Shown here: one piece after another, positions 23,647-33,048 of the stretch
Position numbering within the stretch: the first letter of the stretch is position 1
Layout of the letters: each line of letters begins with the position of its first letter
The notes under the pieces: model-generated
Told to the model about the DNA's origin: nothing
Database searches by the model: none
Seen by the model: the letters and a program-made list of their open reading frames with translations, nothing else
Assembly (NCBI GenBank): GCA_910592345.1
Contig: CAJVPI010000365.1
Location: 1 to 33,048, forward strand
Length of the DNA: 33,048 nt
Source of the DNA: Paraglomus brasilianum
Lineage: Eukaryota
Direction of reading: 5' to 3'
Made by a program: the position numbers and the translations under genes

Positions 23647-25168
23647 ATGGCTCAAACACTTCAGCATACACAAAGCAGATTTCGTCTTTCCCTGCGCAGG
23701 AACAAATCAGTACATGCTCGTCTGAGTATCGAAAAATCAGCTCGAGCCAAGGAAGTCAAAAACAAACAGTTTGAACAAATGGAATGTTGGCTACCGACAA
23801 ATAATCTACAGTCTGTGGAGAGATTATCATTTGACTTGGACATCATGTTATGCATACACTCGGGACTCCGTGTCGTCCGGAAGGTGAGTTGACTTTTTGT
23901 GATCGAATAGTATCGACAAATTAGTCTTGTCTACCGGGGTAGAAACTAACTCCCAATTTGTATTCGTCCTGAAGGCATTCAATACGCAGCCTAGTTTGTT
24001 GCCTCGCCACTACGCTTCTATAGCGAACGAGGTGGCATTACTTCGAACGCTTGTACATCCAAACCTCGTCCGTGTATATGGAACGTCCGCTGATGCAAGT
24101 TCTGTTTATGTACTCTCTGAATTCTGCGAAGGCGGAAATTTGGAATCGATCGCGAAAACTGTTGTAAAAAGAAATGGAATCGTCGGAGAGGTTGTCTTGG
24201 GTAAAATATGTGAAGGGGTAAGTTTGGATACGGATGATGGTGATGGTGGTGGTGATGGTGGTGGTGGTGATGGTGGTGAAAGATGGAACAATATTGAGAA
24301 GACTCATGCGATCGTATACACATTGTCTATGTATAATTGCAGGTATTAAACGGATTAGCCTTTCTTGAGAGTAAATGCATAGATGTAACAGGTAAAGCTT
24401 CGCCATTTGTCTTTCATATGCCATCACTACTTTTTTTGGGGGACATTATGTTATTGGTTATTTAACATTACTTTTTTATTATTTCTCAATAGAACTACAG
24501 CCTCGTAATATATTTGTAACTCGTGAAGGCGAGATTAAACTCAATGAATACGGTTCCTTTTATACCGACTCGTGCATCATGAGTCAAGTGTCTGCACCCA
24601 AACCAATTTACGCATCGGTAAATTGACACTATTCTGATTTAATGCTTTTCTTGTTATTCATATTTCCATACCTTATGTTTCTAATCACTCTTATTCTGCC
24701 CATCATGCTCTTTCTTAGCCCGAACGAATCAAAGGCGATTCGTATACTATTACCAATTTAGTCTGGTCGCTTGGAATCATTATAATAGAGTTGGCAGGGA
24801 ACAAATATCCGTACAATACTAAGGACAGCGTTTCGCTCCTCGGATTGCTTATGAAAATAGTTAGAGATCAGCCACCAGAGTTGGGTAATTCAAATTCATG
24901 GAGTGACGAGTTGAGATGCTTTACTAAAACTTGGTAAGTATATAGTAATAGGTATTTGGCGTAGACACTGCCATTTTGAAATAGCAAATTGCGTTACTTA
25001 CTGATCGTGGTTCTTTATCATTTTTTTTATCTTGATAGTTTGATTAAAGATCCAATACATCGGCCGACTCCAAGTACATTAATCGAACATCCGTTTATAA
25101 GCTGGTCTAAAACAAGAAAAGTCAATATGAAAAAGTGGATACGACAAGTTTGGGAATGGGATTCTTAG
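23647..25168 (+). CDS. MKK1/Pek1-lineage (STE7 family) MAP kinase kinase-like pseudokinase, 332 aa; exons 23647-23883, 23975-24217, 24343-24391, 24493-24617, 24719-24933, 25039-25168
   Basis: The spliced 999-nt CDS is open: HPNLVRVYG, SEFCEGGNLESI, GEVVLGKICEGVLNGLAFL, YASPERIKGDSYT, VWSLG, RPTP...HPFI, and C-terminal VNMKKWIRQVWEW (MKK1/2-type tail). Confidence 0.88.
24233..24278. repeat. (GGT/GAT)n trinucleotide microsatellite in intron 2 of the pseudokinase
   Basis: GATGATGGTGATGGTGGTGGTGATGGTGGTGGTGGTGATGGTGGTG seen directly. Confidence 0.9.
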
Positions 25169-27179
25169 TAACATAAATTGGGTTATACGCTGAAAAGAGA
25201 TGGTTTTTTTAAAAAATAAAATGTAAATATAGAAAACAGTAATAATATTAATATTAATAACACACAGTAGTATTTCCCAATGTTTCAAAATCAAGTAAAA
25301 ATGTCTGCATGAATAAAAATAGAAAGGCGGGCTTTCCTAATCATAAATAAATACGTCTCAAAATACCTAGATCAAACCAAGGGGTTTATTATGTTTTTAG
25401 TGGCACGTCATCACATGCAGCAACTACGCAGGGGATGATTTGGCGGAAAACTCGAGGGGGGGTGTTGTGTATGTGTGTGTTACTGTAAAATGTACTGTGA
25501 TTATCAACAGTGACGAGAAAGTGTATACAAGTTTACTTCATTTAGCGAATTTACTTGCCATTTGTTACTTTTAGAAATCACTGCGAGTTTGAGGAACGCC
25601 TTGTTCTACGTATATAATTGAGGGGGCATATGAAAGAGTTGGCAATGAATAAACGACTGCGTTATCGGGATCAATCTGTTTCGAAACTGGGAGAAAGAGT
25701 TTGTCCCACAATCAGTTGTTAGCCAAATTTTTCTTGTACAAGAACATTGAATCGCCAAGATGGTAATTGAACGGGGGGTACTTGCATAATGCGATGGGAA
25801 TATTATTTTCCGGTCAATTATATATTCATAGATATTTGGGTGTTTACTGCGTTGGGAATTGACCAAGTCTTCAATATACAAGCGTTAATAATAGACTCTA
25901 TTTATAACTGGTATTTACATCCTAAAGTATAAGTGATAAAAATACTTTAAAAGTGTAGCTGACTGGATTAATTCCTCGACGTGTTAAATTGACTAGGTCA
26001 TAAATTAACTTTCTACGTTGAACACAGTTTTGGTAAAACCATTTTGCTGTTAAACTTTTTGCCGAGACCTCAATTGCGGGACGTAACTAATATACTGGCG
26101 TTAGCTATCAAATACACGGGTTGAGTCCGATTATGGTGTAATGAAGCAATCATTACATAATATTGCGGCCAGCACTTGCTCATGGTTAATTATACAGCCC
26201 ACTATTTACCAAAAATACTCTCGAAAGCTTCGGCGAGAAACTCTTACTTAATATGGATAACGTTATTATAGCGCGATAATGATTGGCTGAGAGTATCAAA
26301 ATCGTGAATTTCACGCAAGTTAAGCCGAGATGTTGTTCGATAATTGCTTCCGTTTTATAGAGAGAATATGGCATAACCGAAATTTTTAGAAATTATCGTG
26401 AGTCGTCATGATGCGGTTTTCCTCCAGGGTAATTAATAACTTGGAATTCTCAAATGCTACGCACAATCTATTGGGCAAAGCATTTTATTTTATGTCATGT
26501 GATAAAAGCACGAGACTATTGCAATTATAATTACTGAATGCAAACGTATTAATCGCACCCCATGAAGTTACCCTCGCTATTCGACATCGCCATTGCCATG
26601 TTTACTATAAATGTGGACTTTTCAGCGGGAAGGTTTCTAGACTCGAAGAGGGGGGAAAAAAAGGGAATTTTCATAATCAGATTTTTAATATATAGTGGAA
26701 ATACACAACACAGGTTGCCAAGCTTTTCTAATGCAGAGACAGTATTATGTAATCCAGTTCTGCGAATTAAAAGATAGTATAGTCATCTTATTGAGTGTCA
26801 ACTAGCGGGAGAACAACTGTCACGCGGGCTTTAGTTAAAAAAGAAACCCAGGTGTAAAAATAAGCGGCTTAGCGGATGCAACACAAATCGAGGGAACGTT
26901 GGTGGAAAGTCAAGGAAAAGTTGGTCAACGATTGGATTTTATTATTGGATTTACAGTTGTCTACAGGAGCACATGACAATATTTTTCTGAAACGTTGTTA
27001 CTAATATTAATTATGACGTATTTCCGCCTAATTTTGATCATGCGTTGTTTGTTATTTAGTATCCAAAAGTGACAAACAGCAATAACAATAATAGTACAAT
27101 CGCAATCAATAATTAAATTTAGAAAATACAGCCAACATCGCGTACACCGATTACGACGACAGCACAGTAAGTCAGCAAA

Positions 27180-27348
27180 GGGGGGGGGGGGTCTGGTTCA
27201 TTTCCCCGACAATTATTCCCCAACAATTATTTCGAAGTTATCTTTTTTGTGCTAGGTAATATAACTCTGGTGGACAAATTTAGACGTATTAACGACTAGT
27301 GTCGGAATATTTTTCGGGAAATAATTGTCGGGGAAATGAACGGATCCC
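27180..27348. mobile_element. MITE (family 1, second copy) with a degenerate 9-bp TSD
   Basis: TIRs GTTCATTTCCCCGACAATTATT and AATAATTGTCGGGGAAATGAAC. Shares the internal ATTATTTCGAAGTTATC-TTTTTTGT with the 13979-14107 copy. Flanks GTCAGCAAA and GTCAGGAAT (7/9 identical). Confidence 0.8.
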
Positions 27349-27439
27349 GTCAGGAATATTAAACGTTTCTAATAATTGATCATTAGTATTTTCGAAGATA
27401 TATGAGCAGCGTAGATTTCAATGTGCGTAGTGCGTGGTG

Positions 27440-27900
27440 TGAATTATTGCGATTCCTTTATTATCATAAACATTTCTAATAAACGCGTAGTTCGTTATAA
27501 GTCCATCCATCTTCATGTCCACAAGTGCACCACACGGGACTGCATCGGAGTATTCCACATGCGGAGTAGAACCCTTTTTACGAAGAAAAGTTCTGTTGTA
27601 CCCTGAAATACATTATGAGGTGTCGTTACCTGGTAAATTATCGGTATGGTTGTGAAACCGCTAATCCCTATATCGATTAGTAATATTTGCTTCCTGTCCC
27701 GTGGATATTCTCGTGATATTAAGATTGCCATTTGCCTATGATGAGACGTAAATACAAGTATACCCCCATCCTATAGGCTTCCGAATTAACACACCTCGCC
27801 ATCTTTCGTAGATGTTCTTCCTTTGTTGGCAACGTGGAGAGCCCATCGGAAGGGTAACTCGAAGGCGAATAACCGTCTAGGATTAGTATCTACCGATCGA
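27440..27900 (-). pseudogene. degraded paralogue of the TKL kinase N-terminal region found at 31281
   Basis: Minus strand 27575-27500 reads GFYSACGILRCSPVWCTCGHE-DGWT, nearly identical (also at DNA level) to GFCSACGILRCSPVWCICGHKEVSDGWT at about 31712-31797. Outer boundaries approximate. Confidence 0.75.
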
Positions 27901-28644
27901 CACAAGGTCGTGAGTAGTAAGTGTCACTAACTAATCACAAGAGTTAGCTCTCCCGTGATTGTTCATCTAATCCAGTTTCTATCTCTTGAGCCTTGAAATA
28001 TAACCAAGTCGAATTCTGCCTGGCTTGATTGAATCTTTATTGTAGACTTGATATCTTGGTATCCAAAGTCTTCATAACATGGAGTCTTTTTCTGTGCCAT
28101 CATCTTTATCAAACACTTGTGGTTATTTGTCGCGTACCGGTTTACTAAACACCAAAATACGCGTCATAACTGGAACATCAATGGTATCTATTTTACCAAA
28201 CAAGTCCAATTTGGCACCTACTTTTGTGTGCACACCAATAATTATGCTATCACCCGTACCCTCTGAGTAACTGTGGCGTACATCTTCTTGTGAGCATTCT
28301 AATGTAAGCAATGTCACATAAAGTTCGACTCGAACTTACAATTTGGATCTAAAATGCTAATGGCTGTCATTGCTGAGAAACGCATCTATATTAGACATCT
28401 AGACACTGCCATTATAATTTGTTCTTGCTGGTAATTCGATTGAACGTACACCAATATCTAGTAATGGTGGAAAGTCCCTTATGATTTACAGCAACATTTG
28501 TTTTTGCAGTCTATTGAGGCATAGATTGATAAATAAAATGGTCTCTTACGTATATTATTGATTAAGAAATCGATACTGATATTGAGTGTCTATTTTAAAA
28601 TTATGTCTACTATTAAGATCCCCGCTCTGTGCACAGTACCCTTG

Positions 28645-30102
28645 TCATCCGGCATATTCTTTTCCCAACTTCACGACATCTCCAACAATCTCCAGTCCAG
28701 CCGATACAGCTGTATCATCCATAATAACCTCGACGTCTCCACCTTCATTTCCATTCCACATCTTGACAGTCATCTCTGCATCCAGATTCTCTTCAACAGT
28801 CAATATCATCTTCTTGTGCTCTTTATTAGGAGCACGTAATGGAACTCCGGTGCCTGCTTTTCTCCATACGTTAACTTCTAAATGGTTGTTGTCTCTGTCA
28901 GACACATGCAGATAAACGTTTTGAATGTGAGTAGTCGGATCAAGTGTAACTTTGAGCGAATGACGATGAGGTAGCTTGTATGTACTGAAGTTGTATGTGA
29001 CATTAGTACTGGAATGATGGACCACGATCAAAGCTCCCGCTATGTGATAGAATGACTGCACAAGCGGTACCTCGGCGATTGATATCTGAATGGGGAGAGG
29101 AAGCATCGGTTGGTAAGGTGAGTCGAAAAGCAAAATATGTCCTAATCCACTATTGATGCCTACCGGCTTACTTACCAGTATGGAATTACCAGCTTCCTTT
29201 ATAAAATTGTTAGATTGGGCCCAAATCCACGTTTTCGGAAAATTGATTCCCCAGTCCTTCTCAATGTATCCTCTCCCATTCTCCAAATCGATACTCGTCT
29301 CAACAAACTTGTCGTTAATGAATGTTATCTCTCCATGCACAATATGATCAAGACTAATAATTTGATGAAAACATTCCAGCCATGGAATATATTGAAATAT
29401 ACCCATCACAGACGGAATAGTCATGGTAGACTTTAATGGTGTCACATTCTCGAATGCAATTACTCCGCGTATTGAGTATGGAATATGTGGATGACGCACA
29501 ACCTCGAGCTCTGTTGTATTATTCTCTGCCGGAAGAAGACGACGATAATCTGTCATCACTGATGATAAAAAAGTTTCGTATTCTGAATCGGTTGGCTGCC
29601 ACAAGTGAGAAGATGGAAGCGATAGGACCATCTCATCGTGTCGAAAGTGGTTATGTCCGATCGTTATTTGGAAAGCATCCTTCTCTTTTGTGTTCACAGA
29701 CTTAAACTCATTAACATCGTAACGATAATAAAGACATTCGTGGCCTCTGTTTATCAACAAAACGAATGCATGAGAGTCATCGAGAGAATAGTCGTTATGT
29801 TTGTGATAGTTATCAGCGTCGCTTTTGCTGTTTTCTTTGCGAATACTTTTGTATCCAATGTTTCCTTTGAATATTCCTGGAATGACAGCCAGCGAAGCAG
29901 TCTTGTCCTCACTAACTAGTTTGAAGTACCAGCCCTCGAAATAGTCGGAAGAGATATGGTTACCATGATATTGGGCGGGATAATATAGTAATCGAAAATT
30001 TGATAGAATGTAGTTGTTCCTAATAAAGTTGATTAATATTGGTGTTGATAATGCTACCAGTATTCCAAACAGAACATGAGAAGATGATAATCTATTATTC
30101 AT
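28645..30102 (-). CDS. tocopherol cyclase-like protein with N-terminal membrane anchor; probably exons 30102-29176 and 29085-28645 (455 aa)
   Basis: Family motifs YFEGWYFK, MG.F.YIPWLECFHQIISLDH, GRGYIEKDWGINFPKTWIWAQSN, SIAEVP and LRAP. A 90-nt in-frame GTAAGT...TTCAG intron lies at 29086-29175; hydrophobic VLFGILVALSTPILI at the N-terminus. Confidence 0.88.
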   Translation of the reverse strand: MNNRLSSSHVLFGILVALSTPILINFIRNNYILSNFRLLYYPAQYHGNHISSDYFEGWYFKLVSEDKTASLAVIPGIFKGNIGYKSIRKENSKSDADNYHKHNDYSLDDSHAFVLLINRGHECLYYRYDVNEFKSVNTKEKDAFQITIGHNHFRHDEMVLSLPSSHLWQPTDSEYETFLSSVMTDYRRLLPAENNTTELEVVRHPHIPYSIRGVIAFENVTPLKSTMTIPSVMGIFQYIPWLECFHQIISLDHIVHGEITFINDKFVETSIDLENGRGYIEKDWGINFPKTWIWAQSNNFIKEAGNSILVSKPVGINSGLGHILLFDSPYQPMLPLPIQISIAEVPLVQSFYHIAGALIVVHHSSTNVTYNFSTYKLPHRHSLKVTLDPTTHIQNVYLHVSDRDNNHLEVNVWRKAGTGVPLRAPNKEHKKMILTVEENLDAEMTVKMWNGNEGGDVEVIMDDTAVSAGLEIVGDVVKLGKEYAG

Positions 30103-31280
30103 GATTTTTGGGAAGAATTGGGCATGTTCTTAAGGTTAAAAATAAGTAACGTTACAAGGGTCAAATTTGTCCAACGCCACAACGCCACCCTTGATACGAT
30201 GAACAATCGTTTACTAATTACCATGCTTACAAAGTGAATCTAACGCCATTCATTGTCTTGACGTTAAAGCAATCACAATCTATCTTGGGTCGATTGTTAA
30301 ATAACATAACAGTGAATGAGCTTTGGCTTTGCATTTCGCTACTTTAACCATGGTCGATTTTGTAAGCATAATTTTATTGGCGTGCTCTTGAAATATAATA
30401 ATAATAAAGTACCAGAATGATTACATACTCGATCCCAAAGCCATCTTTGATCGCTATGGTGCAAATTTAATTTAATAATGTAATGCTGTTATATTAATGT
30501 TTTTTCTATGGTTTACACTTTTATTTTTCAATCTAACGTTAACTTGCCTAATATTAAATTGGTTATCGTTATCAATATCAGTTTGGGAGTTACTCTTTCA
30601 GGTTATTGCTTCTTGCGCATCGTGTACTTTTTATTAACTCATGCGATAACAATTCATATAGCTCATTGCAATCTATCAATTAAATTGTGATAACCGTCGC
30701 CTGTATTAATATCAATATTATTAATTATCTGTTTGCTAGAATAATACGACAAAAGTATTCTATATCGGAAATTTCTCAAATCCAATGACCGTTTTTTTTT
30801 TAATGATAATGTGAAGACATGCTTTGTGCTAATTATTGTTTAGCTTATGACTCTGAGTTGTAAGCTTCCCCCCAACAATTTGAATGTTCTGGATTGCAAA
30901 TTCAGTTATTATGTTGTTTGCAACTAGTAGACATGGACAACGTACAAAAATAAATCGCTTTTCATATAGCCTAAATGTAACATGGGTGGTATGTTTTCTA
31001 GTTCGCTGTTACTATGACAAATTTGACTACCCGAAACGCTAAGGCGAGGTGAGTAGAATAGTTTATCTTTTTGTTACGTGATCAACCATCTATGATGGTT
31101 AATTCTTTTGTTTATTAGGCGTTGCAGAGACTCTCTTTACTAATAATACGGAACTAATTATCGCGTGGTAAACATACGTACGTATCAATGTGCACCACAT
31201 AAACTGCTTGGAGATCCGTGTGATGTAAACACAATAATAATAAACATCGAGAATGCTTGTACTTGAAACCTTATTCAACT

Positions 31281-32906
31281 ATGTCGTTAGCATCAGGGAC
31301 TGTTAATAATCCAGTAATTGACAACTTAGTTCAATCCTCCTTGGAAAGTGAAGACAAATACTTAAGACTTGCATGGATTCCTTGCTCAGATATTACCGAC
31401 ATAGAGCCAACTCATATTGACACTATCTACTATGCTATCCGTGAAGTAACGTTACGTAGTGGTAAAGTTCATGAATTGAAGATAACGCTGGTATTCTTTG
31501 GAAGCGATGAAACCTGTACACCAACACTAGTGGGTGAGTTTGCTAGAATATACTCACTTCCGACACACAAGTACGACAATGACGTTAATCAGTTCAGAAG
31601 ATATTATAAATGGCTTACATATCGCAACAAACTCATAAAAGGGTTTACAAAGTCTAATGACAACTATTACATGGTTGCTGATGAACGCTTTTACCGTTGC
31701 TATTCTCGATATGGATTCTGCTCCGCATGTGGGATACTCCGATGTAGTCCCGTGTGGTGCATTTGCGGTCATAAAGAAGTATCCGATGGATGGACTAGCA
31801 ATAATAAGCAACTCGATGAGTTTGTTAAGAAATCTCAATTACAAACAAACTCACCAAATCATGCCTATTTGGAATGGATTCCATACGATTGTATTTATGA
31901 CAAGGGATATAGTGTATACTCGTATGGTCTACCTACATCAATTGATGTACGTGTTAAATTGATTCCACTTGAGATAACAGATTCGACACATGATTTATAT
32001 TATGCCGAGGTAAACCATTTACTTATGCGTCATGTTTGTTGAATGGTTTAAATAATTATTGACATATTATTATGTATCGTTTCCACTAGTTATGTGATAA
32101 GCATCCAGATATTCTTACCACGGATGTTTGGGTTACCATCGGGTTTACATATGATACAAGTAAACAAAAGTATTATCTAATAAAAGAGGATGAGGATGGA
32201 CTATGTCTGGCGTGTACACGTCGATTAGAACCTGAGATAAATGCATTCTGTTATAAATGTAAAGCACCACGACCACCAGATTGGACGACTGGCAACAAGT
32301 CTTTGGATGCATTTATTATAGAGCCATGGAGTAACGTGATCAATAAATGTGATGCCTATATACAATGGATCAAATACTCTCTATTAACAAACATACAAGA
32401 GATGACATCATTACGCCATGGATGTACACATATAGCAGAATGGACAGCAAACGAATTGACACGTGTGACACTCTAATAGTTGACGAAGGGGACGATCAGT
32501 CATTTGATTTTCACCAGGTAAATTATTTCACGTGTAAAATGCAAATAGTATTATTAACGTGCAGATTATTGTTGTAACGACTGTATTTGTTTACTCAAAT
32601 AGCTAACCAAGGAATACCCCGAGATATTAACACCCGAGAATATTTGGATAATTGGGATTACTCAGGAGCCATCTACTCGGGAATATTATTTAGTTTTCTA
32701 CTATGAAATACGTCAGATATTGGACAGGTTTATACGAAATAATGAACGTGTTGAGTGCATGCAGTATAGCGACTTTTACGAACTCAAACAGATCGGATCT
32801 GGTGGTTATGGAACAGTTTATACTGCCAAATATAAAGGAGAAGAGAATATTCCAGAAACTGTTGTTTAAGAATTTTGATGAAACGCCAGAATTATTTATT
32901 TCCGAG
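31281..32906 (+). pseudogene. TKL kinase with tandem degenerate N-lobe modules; two frameshifts; continues beyond the window; exons 31281-32009, 32090-32517, 32603-32906
   Basis: Repeated WT..N..LD.F.....AY.(E/Q)WI.Y modules and a G-loop IGSGGYGTVY. In-frame stops at 32474-32476 and 32867-32869, with the protein resuming in a shifted frame (IVDEGDDQSFDFHQ; FKNFDETPELFISE). Confidence 0.8.
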
Positions 32907-33048
32907 GTAAGCAATAATTGGCAGTATTAATTAAATTGATATTTAATCTAACTGTATTTGTTTATATTTAACCCCCAAACTCTTTAACCATTGCAATATT
33001 TTGCTCATTTGAAAATCAAAATCGTAAACACATAATCTCTCCCCTCAA

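Noticed and set aside
24018..24323. Poly-His and poly-Pro ORFs on the minus strand
   Set aside because: Translation artefacts of the intronic GGT/GAT microsatellite.
28000..28440. Minus-strand coding-like sequence downstream of the cyclase gene
   Set aside because: Interrupted by stops; no recognisable motif.
1..33048. CRISPR array, rRNA, operon-type prokaryotic system
   Set aside because: No regularly spaced repeats or rRNA signatures seen; the genes carry spliceosomal introns.

Overview
Eukaryotic, intron-rich, AT-rich fungal nuclear DNA. The Crinkler relic, the expanded tyrosine-kinase-like (TKL) family and a Mollicutes-like DNA relic point to Mucoromycota (Glomeromycotina/Endogonales-like); this is an inference. 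Gene models were built by hand from GT-AG introns, and all family assignments come from remembered motifs, not searches. Apparently intact genes: the 3' end of a TKL kinase (window start); a 198-aa acidic protein with a USPL1-N-terminus-like Cys4 motif, head-to-head with an SRSF7/9G8-like SR splicing factor that has a candidate poison exon; a 439-aa disordered basic protein; two tandem VCX1/CAX Ca2+/H+ exchanger paralogues with an altered alpha-2 ion-binding motif; an intact MKK1-lineage pseudokinase; and a membrane-anchored tocopherol-cyclase-like protein. Decayed material: Tc1 and pogo/Tigger transposase remnants, two MITE families, a Crinkler pseudogene, two TKL pseudogenes, and a fragment of a bacterial N4/N6 DNA methyltransferase that looks endobacterium-derived. 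No rRNA, tRNA or CRISPR array was found.
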